A stretch of DNA of 64,000 nucleotides from Octopus sinensis (GCF_006345805.1 NC_043017.1:5394001-5458000); one strand, 5' to 3'. Counted from the first letter of the stretch, positions 50,195 through 62,527 are shown. Program-made: numbers and translations. The notes: a model not told the origin generated them from the letters alone.

Positions 50195-50729
50195 CTATAT
50201 ATATAATATATATATAATTGATATATATATATATATTGATGGATAGATAGATATTGGTACGTATGCGTGTATCTGCTTTTACATATATATATATATATAT
50301 ATATTTATTTATATATATATATTTATACAAAGAGAGAAAGAGAGAGAGACATATACATATATATACATACATATATAGAGGGATAGAGACAGAGAGAGAC
50401 AAAGCAGAGAGAGAAAACAGGGAGAGAAAGATATACACACTTACTGTAGATTAACTGGAATGATTTATGTTATTTCGCACACGTTTTCATATTTCCGACG
50501 AAGGAAAGCTGTTTCTACCTTACGACATCAAACTGAATTTAATGAACACCAGAAGAGAAAAAAATTAATGTGATATTGCTAAGAAAACAGGAAAGAATCA
50601 ATATGTGATATTGTTAAGAAACCCGTCCACCAAATCCAAACTCTGAATCGTCAATAACGTGATATGATAGTAATTGTTATGATGTTGACTTTCTGCAATG
50701 ATACAATGTCAATAAAAAGAAATGTGTTT

Positions 50730-50920
50730 GGCGGCAAGCTGGCAGAATCGTTTGTACGCCGGGCGAAATGCTTAGCTGTATTTCGTCCGTCTTTACGTTC
50801 TGAGATCCAATTCTACCGAGGTCAACTTTGCCTTTCGTCCTTTCGAGCACCTGAGTCAATGTAATCAGCTTAGTCTCTTCTCCGAAATTACTGGCCTTGT
50901 GCCAAAATTTGAAACCAGTA
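50730..50920 (+). mobile_element. Degenerate family A SINE (A2-like tail)
   Basis: GGCGGCAAGCTGGCAGAATCG head, GAGGTCAACTTTGCCTTTC, GGCCTTGTGCC tail. Confidence 0.75.
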
Positions 50921-51591
50921 ATAGGAATTTTTAAGGAAGTGAAATAGCCAAGAAGTCGATCGCTTGGACACGTCTGGTACTTGATTTATTGACCCCTGGG
51001 AGGATAAACGCCAAAATGTCCCATTCACACAAATCTTTAAATCTGATTCGTTACAAGAGTAGTGCAGTTTACTTGAAGCACTGTCTGATATAGATAAATG
51101 TTTTATCTTTGTTTTGTATTTTTAAGCCGAAACATAGCAATTTTAAGAAATAATGAGAAGGAATGAAACCATCTTAATTAGAAAGATCAACTCCCATATT
51201 AACAACAGGACCGAACAACTTGCAGCTGATTGATGGTTGCTATAGTAACGCAACCCTGCGCTGCAAAGCATCACTTCATTACACATATCGGAACAGAGAA
51301 ATCAGCTCAAAATTTCATGTCTCCAAAGATTTCTAAAAAGAGGGAGTCCTAACTCCGAAATATTGATTTGTTACTCTTTCTAAAATGTCCCTGACATGTT
51401 CATTAATAAGGATTCCTAATCATAAATACAAGGAAGGGTGTAGCGTTGGACAAAATTGAACCAGTATCTTACAGATTACTTTGTTCGAAATGTTAGGTTT
51501 TGGTGCACAAACAAAACTCTGGATTTCGTTACCACTATTGGCAACGCAGGTCTTTACCAGTTTCCTCGGATTCATGATCACATAGTCAGAC

Positions 51592-51638
<47 letters not shown>

Positions 51639-51659
51639 AAGATAGATAGATAGATAGAT

Positions 51660-51691
<32 letters not shown>

Positions 51692-51702
51692 TTACATATG
51701 CA

Positions 51703-51745
<43 letters not shown>

Positions 51746-52221
51746 GCATATATACACATATATGTATGCAGTTATATATGTATACATACATGCATACATA
51801 CAAAAATACACACACACACACACATACATATATATATATTTACATATATATATATATTTATATATATATACATATATTTGTTTGCATATCAAGTTATATA
51901 CGAAAATGACATAACTTTAAACTGGAAGATTAATCAATACTATGTTGTAGAGTAGATATTAACTTTTACAAGGAAAAGGCTGACAGTAACTTCGAATTTA
52001 CTGGCTTTTCATAGAAAGTCTAAACCCCTAAATCACTATCGACATTTTCCTTGTAAAAGATTATATCTATCTATCCATCTATCTATCTATCTATCTATCT
52101 ATCATTTATCTATATATCTATCTATCTATCTATCTACAATCTGTTCTCTCTCTATATATATATAAAATATTTTATATATATATATTATATATATATATTA
52201 TATATATTTATTATATATATA

Positions 52222-52256
<35 letters not shown>

Positions 52257-53511
52257 GTATATGTATGTGTATATATATAAGTGCATGTGTGTATCTGTAT
52301 ATGTATTCATAGATGCATATAGACAAATAAAATACATGCATAAGTATATGTAAGATTTAGTCACTGTTGACTGAGTCGCTATTCAAGTTTCACTTGTCAA
52401 TCGCTTGAAGAAGTGGAAACGTGAAACTCGATTAGCGTCTCTCTCAAACTCACCTATGAATAAATCTTATTCCACTCTAATTCACTTTATTGAACACTTT
52501 TTCGCTTCAGTTCACGTACGCTATGCGAATCATTATAATCCGTAAATAAATATTATATTGCGTACGTATATACATATATGTAAGAGTTTACGGATGTACG
52601 TATGCATATGTACGTGTATGTCCGATTATATATAAATTAATGTATGTATGTATGTATGTATGTATGTATGTATGTATGTTCGAGTTACTATCAAATAAAA
52701 ACAACTCAAGATGTCATAAAAATGGCCGAGAATAAATATTTATTTATTTTAATGGTTCGTGACAAATTGCAATCTGTTTCGTTCTGCTGAACTTGTCAAC
52801 TGAATAACAAGTTGCATTGAACAAGAAGAATATAAAACAATCGGTTTGGAACTGTCTAGAATATATTAGAGATTGGTCTTTTCTAAACGAGGTGTTCTGT
52901 TCCTAAAGATTCAAAACAATATAGATTAAATTGAAAATAAAGATATGTATGTAAGGTTAGGACCGAGGGTGGTGCAAAGGACGCACTTTTAGAGAGAGGG
53001 GGGGTAAGGAAAGGGAATAGAAAAAGTGTGGTATGATAGTAAGATTTACATCACTGCATTGACCAGATTATTGAGTGTTGTTATACACCGCTGGTCACCA
53101 TGCGCTTTCGAATGCTGTGCCAATGACGGTTGGGACTGTGGGCTTATATTCCTACAGAACTCTAGTTGATTAGTGGCTACAATAGCAACGCTATCCAACT
53201 TAACACAAACTTCGAACAGAGAAGTCAGTCCACCGCTCCATCACTGACCTATACATAGGTCGCATGTATGTTAAAAGCGCGAAACCACTAGGATGTCTCG
53301 GACATTGGCTGACGAGGAAATCAGCTACGAATTTTCCGTCTACCGTGTTTTTGTCTAATTTTCCATTGGTTTATGTTTTTGTCTAGTTTTCCGTTTGCTG
53401 TGTCATGGTCTAATTTTTCTCTTTCTTGTGTTCTTTCTGTTCAATGCTGGTGATCCACCATGGCCACAGCCGCATGGCTGAAACGAGTAAAAGAATAAAA
53501 GAATATAGTTC

Positions 53512-53566
<55 letters not shown>

Positions 53567-53587
53567 ATATATATTATATATATATAT

Positions 53588-53735
53588 GTGGCAAGAAGTT
53601 ACTTCCCAACCACATGGTTCCGGGTTCAGTACCCCTTCGTGGCACTTTGGGAAAGCATCTTCTGTTATAAACTCGGGCCGACCAAAGCTTTTTGAGTGAA
53701 TTTAGCTGACGGAAGCTAAAAGAAGGCTGTCGTGG
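53588..53735 (+). mobile_element. SINE family B 5' half
   Basis: CCCAACCACATGGTTCCGGGTTCAGT..CTCGGGCCGACCAAAGC..GACGGAAGCTAAAAGAAG. Confidence 0.8.
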
Positions 53736-53984
53736 GTGTGTGGATGTACGTGTGTATGTGTGCACGTGCATATATGTATATATAGATACATATATACATA
53801 CATCAGATTTAACCGAGCTGGTATTCAATTTTCATTTGTCAATCTCTTGAAGAAACGGAAAACGAAGACTTGAGTTGCGATTCTCTCAAACTCATGTAAC
53901 TGTCAAGAATATATTTCTGTTCCTAAGGATTCAAAACAATACAGATAAATAGTAAAATTTATGTCACTGTATTGACCTAACTAT

Positions 53985-54215
53985 CGGATGTTGTTATACA
54001 CTGCTGACCACAATGTTCTTACGAATGATGCCACAATGGCTGCTAGGCGGGTAGGCTTATACCCCTATTGAACGGGACGCTAGTCCATCGCAGGATTACA
54101 CATTTACAGATGAGTGGGGTGGTTCAAGAAGACAACGCAACGCTGGTCTGGGAATCGAATCACGACCGCAAGATTGTTTGCACAACAACCCTAACAACTA
54201 GACCACCCGCCTTCA
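53985..54215 (-). mobile_element. Degenerate family C SINE
   Basis: GGGACGCTAGTCCATCGCAGG block and GGGAATCGAATCACGACC (reverse B-box). Confidence 0.6.
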
Positions 54216-54836
54216 CAAAATTTACATAAAAATAGAAAATATGTATGAAAAAAAAGAGGTGCAATTGAGAAAGGGAAAATTGCAGAAGTAACTCTACTTA
54301 GAAGGGATACTGAAAAAGAGAGTGATAAGCAGTAGATAAGGGATTTGTAAAGGAACGAATGTGTTATAATGATAGGGTCGTATTAAGTCTATCTGTAAAA
54401 TTGTAAACTGTAGAAAACCTAGGGTCTTCTGTGAATCTTATAAAATATAAATCGGTGAAATGCGAAAAAATTACCACAGATAATAGCTTCATATATTTAC
54501 GAAAAATTATCTGATACTCAGTAAGTAAATAAATGGAAGAGGTTCGGGGAATAAAATGATGTATTAGCAAGCGATGGGTTTAAATATATATATTTCAATA
54601 GAGATTATCTTCGAAAAGATAAGAAGGAAGAAGTAGAAGCCCAAATGAAATGTAAATATGTATTTAAATACACACGCACCCAAGCATATACATAGAATTA
54701 CATGCATATATACATATAAACATATATATATATACAGTAATATATGTATATACATACATGCATGAGTGTTTGTGTGTGTAAAGAGAGAGAGGTCTACATA
54801 TGAAAACACGAATGAACAGAGAAAGATAGAGGTATG

Positions 54837-54871
<35 letters not shown>

Positions 54872-55189
54872 GCATGTATACAATATGTGCATAGAAATAA
54901 ATATATGTATACATGTGTGTGTGTCTACGTACGCGCGTGTATGTACACACATATATGTATGTATAAATATATGTATATATGTATACCTATTATAATATAT
55001 ATAATATATATCTATATATATATATACATTATCTCATATATGTATGTGTGGTTGTGTCTGTGGTCTTGTGTGTGCTTGTGTGTGTGTGTGTACATATACA
55101 TTTGCATACCTCTCGCTTTCTGTGTGTACGCTACGCATGTACGTGTACATAAATATGCACACACAAACACCCACAAACAGACACAGGCA

Positions 55190-55229
<40 letters not shown>

Positions 55230-55714
55230 AACACACACACAAATTATCTAAAGTTTTGTGCGTTGTGAGAGATAAATAGAACATGATTTGTAAAAAAAAA
55301 GAGAAAAAATCAAGAAAAACAATTGGCAGGGTAGAAAACAATAAAAATATATATAAACGACAATGGTGCGATACAAAAGAAAATATGATAACTGCAATAA
55401 ATAATAAATAATTATCGTACAAATTAGATACTTTGAGAAGCGAGAAAGATATCACAGTGATATATATATATAAGGGTTGCTTGGCTGTAAAAAGGCTTAT
55501 ATTTAGAAATGGTATTATACTGTTTAAAAATATCTAAAAACTTGAGATTACAAATCGCAAGATGGAACAAAGGGTCAGCGTGTGAGAGAATTTACCAACA
55601 AGGAAACCTATGCAAAACAGTAAATGTAATTAGGGGTTTGTGGGTGGGGGGTGTTTTAATACTAGTATTCTTTGTACTGTAGGCGAAAGACCTGTAATTT
55701 TGAAGGAGAGCGCT

Positions 55715-55901
55715 GGTTAATACATGGCCCCCCCGTGCTGGACAAGTGCTTATTTTATCGAAACCACCCCACCCCCCGAACGAAAGGGATGAAAGGCAAA
55801 GACGATCCCGGAGGAATTTGAACCCAGAAGGGAAGGATTGACGGCATGCCATTATGCATTTTGTCCGGCATGCTATCGATTCTGCCAGTTTGCCGCCTTA
55901 A

Positions 55902-55954
<53 letters not shown>

Positions 55955-56004
55955 TAATAATACTAATAACAACAAAACAACAACAACAACAACAACAACA
56001 GCAA

Positions 56005-56036
<32 letters not shown>

Positions 56037-56668
56037 ACAACAACAATAATAATAATAATAATCCTTTCTACTAAAGGCACAAGGCCTGATGTTTTGGAGT
56101 AGGGGACTAGTCGATTACATCGACCCCAGTGCGTAACTGGCACTTAATTTATCAACCCCGAAAAGATGAAAGGTAAAGTCGACCTCGGCGGAATTTGAAC
56201 TCAGAACGTAGCGCCAGACGAGATACCGCTAAGCATTTCGCCCGGCGTGCTAACGTTTCTGCCAGCTCGTCGCCTTTGTTTCAAATTTTACCACAAGGGT
56301 AGCCATTTTGACTGGTATTTGATTTATCGAGCCCCGAAAGGATGAAAGGTAAAGTCGACCTCGGCGGAATTTGAACTCGAAACGTAAGGACGGACGAAAT
56401 GTTGCCGAGCATTTTTGTCTGACATGCTAACGATTTCGTCAACTCGCCACCTTATAAAATACTAATAATGATAACAATGGGACAAAGGACTACAATTCCG
56501 GATGGAGTGGCGGAAAGTTAATTTCATCGAACGCAGTGCTCACCTGGTACTTATTCTAATGACCCCGAAAGAATGGAAGGCAAAGTTGACCTCGGCGGAA
56601 TTTGAACACAGAACGTTAAGAAATGCCACAAAACATTTCGTCTAACGTGTTAACGATTCTGCCAACAC
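55715..56668 (-). mobile_element. Four co-oriented family A SINEs (55715-55880, 56060-56275, 56305-56452, 56520-56668) around (AAT/CAA/CAG)n
   Basis: GAAAGG(C/T)AAAG..GACCTCGGCGGAATTTGAAC block four times; GCTAACG head blocks. Confidence 0.85.
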
Positions 56669-58169
56669 CCCGCACCACCACCCCGCACCACCTTTGGTTA
56701 AAAGCTCATATGAAGTAGAATAAGTCTATTAACTGAAAATAAAAATAATTATTAATTTGATTAAGCTGATCTTTACTAAGCGGGAACAACTTCAATAGTT
56801 GCGTGTTATTGTATTATCTTATAATTCAATATCATTTCTGCTGGATATCTTATAATACCTTTGCTCTGATAAAGAATGCTTCTTGAATAATACAAAGCAG
56901 AATCTAACTGTAGGTATGGCCACTTCCATATTGAATGAGGAATTGAATATGAGCTAATAAATGAAATAATACACAAAGGTCAGTTCTTCGTAATTCTGCG
57001 CTCGTAGTTAATATAGCACAGGTTATCCTTAAATCTACCTCATTATTAACTGAATATTTGTAAATGCTCATCAGCTGATAAACGCGATAATCTAAATGAG
57101 ATATTCTCTATCTTTGCAATTTTGTCAAATGATGCTATTTTCTTAAGATTTTCTTTCTTTCCTTCTAATGGCGATTACACTCGTTTAATTTTTATTTGTT
57201 CTGTCTGTCTTTCTAAACTCTAATTCTACTGTTTATTCTAATACATAGAAATGTTTAGGGTATCCAGAAATAGCTTTGAAATATGCATCTTATATACCCA
57301 AGGGTCCGGGAACAGGGAGTGCAGCGGGTGCACCTGCACCCCTTGGAATTTTCAGGTGGTGCAAGGTCAAAATTTGCACCCCCTACATAATTTTACCAGT
57401 TTCGGAAAATAGTGTCTCAAAATTTATCTGTATAAGATGCTTGAAGCTAGATTTCGTTTCAAAGCAAAAACAAAGAACAAAAGTAAATAAATAAAAGTGA
57501 TGAAGCTGGTCTTAAAATTCCCAAGGGAATTTATGACTAACTATTTGAAGCAAAGTAGCGTCAAAATAAAAAGTATGTAACAACAACAACAGTAGCAGCA
57601 AACAACAAGAACAACAACATGACCAGCATCTACGGCTACTCTTCATATCATTACTTGGATTCTTGAAGACAGCACTATTCTGACAAAAATAACTCCGAAA
57701 TCTTGCAATGCTGAAAATGTGTGATGGTTCTTGTCCTCTCTCTATCTGTCTGTCTCCTCTCTCTCTCTCTCTCTTCTCTCTCTCAAGTTCTTTGTAGTTG
57801 ATGTCGCTAAAGACTGACGACATGGTTGAATGGATTCAACTGTTTGACCTCAGCTTCTTCTAAAATTCTTTCAGTCATATCGGTTTTCTCATTTAGGTTG
57901 TTAGGTCCAAAGTTTGACAAGGGAACAAAATGATTTATTTTTATCTCATTGTTAAATACTTTGATATTTATTGCTCATTCGAAATACTACTCCAGTTTAA
58001 TAAAAAAGAAAAAGATTTTGAAAGGAAACTTTTAACTATAAATGATTGTAGACCAGCCCCGAAATTACCTAATTTGCGAAGAAATGTATTCGACAATTTC
58101 AGACTAATCTATATAAAAAGGAAATGATAACCACGAAGATCACTTCAGAGGTGCTTTTTTTTCGCTCAT

Positions 58170-58310
58170 AAGTCTAACCCTAGCTGAGGCCACACAGGCT
58201 AATATGCTTTTAACATCCATACCTCAAACCCATATCTCTAGAACGACATTCAGCACCTGGAACGGGTTCAGCACTTGGCCACCCGAATGGGCGCGGACTT
58301 GTCTAAACTT
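58170..58310 (+). pseudogene. CR1/L2-type LINE relic
   Basis: PY...NDIQHLERVQHLATRM matches the CR1/L2 C-terminal motif DI..LERVQRRATRM. Confidence 0.55.
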
Positions 58311-58766
58311 GCGTAAGAGGAACATCTTTTGATATCAAGATTGGAAAAATCCACCTTGTTCGTAAAATGTTTTTGACCTGGGTTTGCACCCTCTAAGCAA
58401 ATCCTATTCCCGGGCCATTGTATATAACTAAAATATTTTCACTTTTCTGGTGATCCTGATGAAGATGAAAGCATCGTTTCCTTGTTAGACTGTAATAAAT
58501 CTATTGTAATTATATATGTATGCGTGCTTGTATGGGTGAGTGCGTGCGTGTGTGTGTGTTTACGTCGATTATTAACGGCGGAGAGTGTAAACAACGGTGA
58601 GAAAATTGGAAAAAGAACATGCTCTTCCATCAAAGTTCCTTGTGAAATTTGTTCTGCATCCGATTACAGACACTCCTTTGTCTCCCACTATCAGAAATGC
58701 AGTGAATCAATGACTGACCCGTTGGAAACTTGTAACCAATTATGCTGTTGTTATCCAGTTTCAAAA

Positions 58767-59142
58767 TCTCTCTCTATATAAATGGCAGTTTGTCTGTGCG
58801 TTTTCTGTGTGTCTGTTTTCTCGTACCCTCACTCTGACCACGGCTTTCACCGATTCTGATGAAACTTGACACACACATAGCCCAATGTCATAATTCAAAA
58901 CTAACGCAGCGAAAATTTTGAAAAGTTCCCCCAGTTCTGAAAAAAATCGATAATTCGAATGGGGTCGAGAATCAGAAACCAAACCACAGACCGTCTAGGG
59001 GACGCAACTCCACCTTTTTTAACTCTCAAAAAAATTTACCATCATTTTTTTCCATTTTTTGCTATTTTTTGGCTATAACTCTCTAAAAATGCTTTATAGT
59101 TATTTCCCTTACAACCTGAGCAACGCCGGGCGATACTGCTAG
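58767..59142 (+). mobile_element. Non-autonomous Helitron
   Basis: A|TCTCTCTCTATATAAA...CTGAGCAACGCCGGGCGATACTGCTAG|T; 3' end shared with 28343-28720. Confidence 0.85.
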
Positions 59143-59200
59143 TAGATAAATAAGAAAATGATACAATACATGTCTAACATACTATCTCGTTTCTTTGCAG

Positions 59201-59340
59201 CTTTACACAGTGCCTGAACCAAATGCTGCGAAAATACTCAATGAAACAATGGTCATGAAAGAACAGGACCATGTTAAATGGTACTTTGGTTCTGAAGATC
59301 ATGTTGGTAAAGGGTTGATAATTATGATCGAAGATTATCG
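59201..59340 (+). CDS. Internal coding exon of an unidentified, probably GPI-anchored protein (LYTVPEPNAAKILNETMVMKEQDHVKWYFGSEDHVGKGLIIMIEDY)
   Basis: Branch-point CTAAC (59174-59178), TTTCTTTGCAG acceptor, open frame, CG|GTGAGT donor; phase 2 end matches the next exon. Confidence 0.8.
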
Positions 59341-59512
59341 GTGAGTTAAGTTAATCTCTAGTCGAGTATTGAGACACTTGGGGCTCAGTTGTTGCGATTT
59401 TCTATCATATTTGGAGTCATTGGTCATTTATTGTGTTTTGAGCCGTTGTATCATATGTCAGATCATATCTTGGGTCGCTGAGTTATTTATTGGGTTGTCG
59501 TATTATTTGTCC

Positions 59513-59816
59513 GTGGAGGCACATGGCCTAGTGGTTAGAGCAGCGGACACGCGGTCGAGGGATCACGGGTTTGAATCTCAGACCGGGCGATGTGTGTGTT
59601 TATGAGCGAAACACCTAAACTCCACGCGGCTCCGGCAGAAGGTAAAGGCGAACTTCTGTTGACTCTTTTGCCACAACTTTCTCTCACTCTTTCCTCCTGC
59701 ATCTTGCAGCTCACCTGCGACGGACCGGCGTCCCGTCCAGGTGGGGAACCTATACGCCAAAGAAACCGGGAAACCGGCCCTAATGAGCCAGGCCGTGGCT
59801 CGAGAAGGAACAAACA
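59513..59816 (+). mobile_element. tRNA-derived SINE family D, full length (intronic)
   Basis: TGGCCTAGTGG A-box, GGTTTGAATCTC B-box, CCTGCGACGGACCGGCGTCCCGTCCAGG block. Confidence 0.9.
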
Positions 59817-60044
59817 TATTTGTCCAGTGATAGGATTATGGGTCGTCAGTTAGTTTATTGGGTTGTATGTAGGCGCACCTGTGTGTAGGTGAGCTTTTCT
59901 TGTAGTTCTTTATGGTTAAAGTTTTTTTTTTAATTCCTCCGTATCGAGTAATTTTCTCGTTAACAAATGTTTGTGCAAATTGTTTGTGTAAATCCCCACA
60001 GCTCTTTGTCTTCGAACTGTCCTGAATGTTATTATTACTGATGC

Positions 60045-60250
60045 TCGCAGAAATTTTAGCACGCCGGACAAAATGTTTTGCAGCATTTCCTCCGACTTTA
60101 CATCAATCTTAGTTCAAATTACGCCGAGGTCGACTTAGCCTTTCATCCTTTTGGAGTCGATGAAATAACTACTAGTTGAGCACTGGGGTCGATGTAATCG
60201 ACGAGTCCCCTCCCTAAAATTTCAGGTCTTGCACCCATAGTAGAAAAGAT
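60045..60250 (+). mobile_element. SINE family A, A2 tail, ending in (ATT)n
   Basis: GAGGTCGACTTAGCCTTTCATCC body; GTCCCCTCCCTAAAATTTCAGGTCTTGCACCCATAGTAGAAAAGATTATT tail. Confidence 0.85.
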
Positions 60251-60258
60251 TATTATTA

Positions 60259-60319
<61 letters not shown>

Positions 60320-60320
<1 letters not shown>

Positions 60321-60711
60321 GTTTGACTTTTGCTTTATGTCTGTACAAGTTGGCTCCAAGTCTCACCCAGAGACCTCAAGAGACTACAGGTTGGAAGTTC
60401 TGTGCCATATATTTGGGGGGTTTTTTTCTTTCTTTTTTTTCTTTTTTTTTTGGTGTTGTACTAGTGAATGTCTAATACATAAAAAAAAATAAATAAATAA
60501 ATAAAAAAGTTTGTTTTAAACCTTGGGATTACATAGAGAGTATTTTGCGTAGGATATGAGCAGTTCCCATGAGCACTATCTTTTGAATTTCTGCCATTTT
60601 GGGCTTTCCTGGTATCTGAGTTAGGTAGCAATCAGTCCCTTTCGCTATCATTCCCAGGTATATGACAACAGGTATTGTTTTAGTCTTCAGCTTCCACATT
60701 TTGCTGATTTC
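60320..60711 (-). pseudogene. 5'-truncated R4/Dong-like LINE 3' end embedded in (TAA)n
   Basis: EISKMWKLKTKTIPVVI.LGMIAKG...AEIQKIVLMGTAHILRKILSM* plus 3' UTR; TAA repeats at both ends. Confidence 0.85.
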
Positions 60712-60726
60712 TTCTTCTTCTTCTTC

Positions 60727-60811
<85 letters not shown>

Positions 60812-60822
60812 TATTATTATTA

Positions 60823-60867
<45 letters not shown>

Positions 60868-61662
60868 GTCTTTGCACCGCTTCTAACACTGGAGTTGTAC
60901 TACGGTGTCAAGCTTGACCTTCTTACTTCTTGTAATAGCGGTTCTGTGACATTTTTTACATACCATGCAATGTTGTTTTCTTCCAAGAATATGGGATCAT
61001 ATCGTATGTCTTACAATAATCGATACATGACATGGCCAAGTTAGTTTTCCTTTTCTTGCAGTCTCAAAGTACAGTTTTATCTACCATGTGTTGATCTTTG
61101 ATACCTCTGCATTTACGTTTGTAACCCTTCTGCTCACGTGGCAGGACTCCATTTTTTTCCTAGATGTCCGTACATTGACTCTGTGACTATTCCAGTCAAT
61201 AATTTCCACATAAATGGCAAGCAGGATATCGGTCTATAATTGTCTACTGTCTTGTTTTTTTCAATGTTTTTCAAGAACGCCACTGTCCTACCCAATGTCT
61301 ACCACTCTGGTGTTACTTGGTCGGCATTTAACAAGGTGTTGAGTTGGGCAGCTATTTGTGCATGACATTCACCAAATCTTTTGATCCAGTAGCCTTGAAC
61401 TTTATATCTGGTCCCGAGAACTTCCAGTTGCCTTTATTTTTACTGATTTCCTTCACTTTCCTAACTGAAATGACTAGTTCTGCCTGTTGTGGACAGACTA
61501 CTGCTTGTTTCAGTTCTTGCAACCATTCAGCATCCTTCTTGTGCTCGTTATCCTTGTCGTTGCTCCAGATGTCACTCCAAAACCTTTGACTTTCAATGTT
61601 GTCTGGTATCAACTTTTCATCTGTACACTCTCCATTTATTTCTTTGTAGAATTTCTTCTGAT
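60868..61662 (-). pseudogene. R4/Dong-like LINE fragment with N-terminal RT motifs, flanked by (TAA)n
   Basis: DQKKFYKEING..FWSDIW..GNWK.SGPD then [39 protein letters not shown]. Confidence 0.85.
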
Positions 61663-61696
61663 CTATTATTATTATTATTATTATCATTATTATTAT

Positions 61697-61737
<41 letters not shown>

Positions 61738-61800
61738 TTACTAATACTACATACATACATACATGCATTTATAAGTGATGTATTTTTGCTATTATTACAG

Positions 61801-61981
61801 GGATATGTTTTTGAAGAAATACAAAGAGCGTCCCATGGAGGACTTCATGAAAGCCGATGCGAAACCATATCTTCAGGAGAAATCAGAAGTGAAGAGCAAT
61901 GCCATCCAAAATAATATCAGACAGTCTATGTCAAAGTTATTTTTAGGAATAGTTCTTATATTGCTGTTTTCTTGGAATTAA
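61801..61981 (+). CDS. Terminal coding exon (DMFLKKYKERPMEDFMKADAKPYLQEKSEVKSNAIQNNIRQSMSKLFLGIVLILLFSWN*) with GPI-like C-terminal signal
   Basis: TATTTTTGCTATTATTACAG acceptor; first G completes CGG (Arg) with the upstream exon; small residues SNA, polar spacer, hydrophobic tail, TAA stop. Confidence 0.75.
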
Positions 61982-62134
61982 TAGGACTCGAAAAATTTGG
62001 CAAAGTGAAAATCTTGCAGTTGCGAAAATATTGGAAACAAGGCATTCTAGTTTTGAACCACGGTAACAACAAAGCATTCTTCGAAGCTAAACTTCATCAT
62101 TATTATACTCGTTATTTTCCTATGTTTTTTTCAA

Positions 62135-62350
62135 GGTGGCCATCTAACAGAATCGTTAGCACGCTGAACAGGATGCTTAGCTGCATTTCATCCGTCTTTA
62201 CGTTCTGAATTCAAATTCCACCGAGGTTGACTTTGCCTTTCATCCTTTCGGGGTCGATGAAATAAGTACCAGTTAACCACTGGGGTCGATGTGATCGACT
62301 TACACCCTCCCACATAAATTCCAATCCTTGGGCTTAAAGTAGAAATGATT
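62135..62350 (+). mobile_element. Family A SINE (A2-like tail) in the probable 3' UTR
   Basis: GAATCGTTAGCACG..GAATTCAAATTCC..GGGGTCGATGTGATCGACT. Confidence 0.8.
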
Positions 62351-62489
62351 ATTTTGCTATATTTTCAATTCATTTATTTCTTATGATGTCTGTTGATGTT
62401 GGTGAAACCGTTATTCCGGCTGTTGGTATTACCATTGTTGTTATTATTGCTACTGTAGTTGTCATTGTTTTATATGTTGTTGTTGTTAT

Positions 62490-62527
<38 letters not shown>

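Noticed and set aside
51420-51590. Open frames on both strands in unique sequence
   Set aside because: No paired splice sites and no recognisable domain.
58456-58480. CTGATGA-A-GATG/CATC hammerhead-like motif
   Set aside because: It is followed by GTTT rather than GAAA, and there is no stem I or III.
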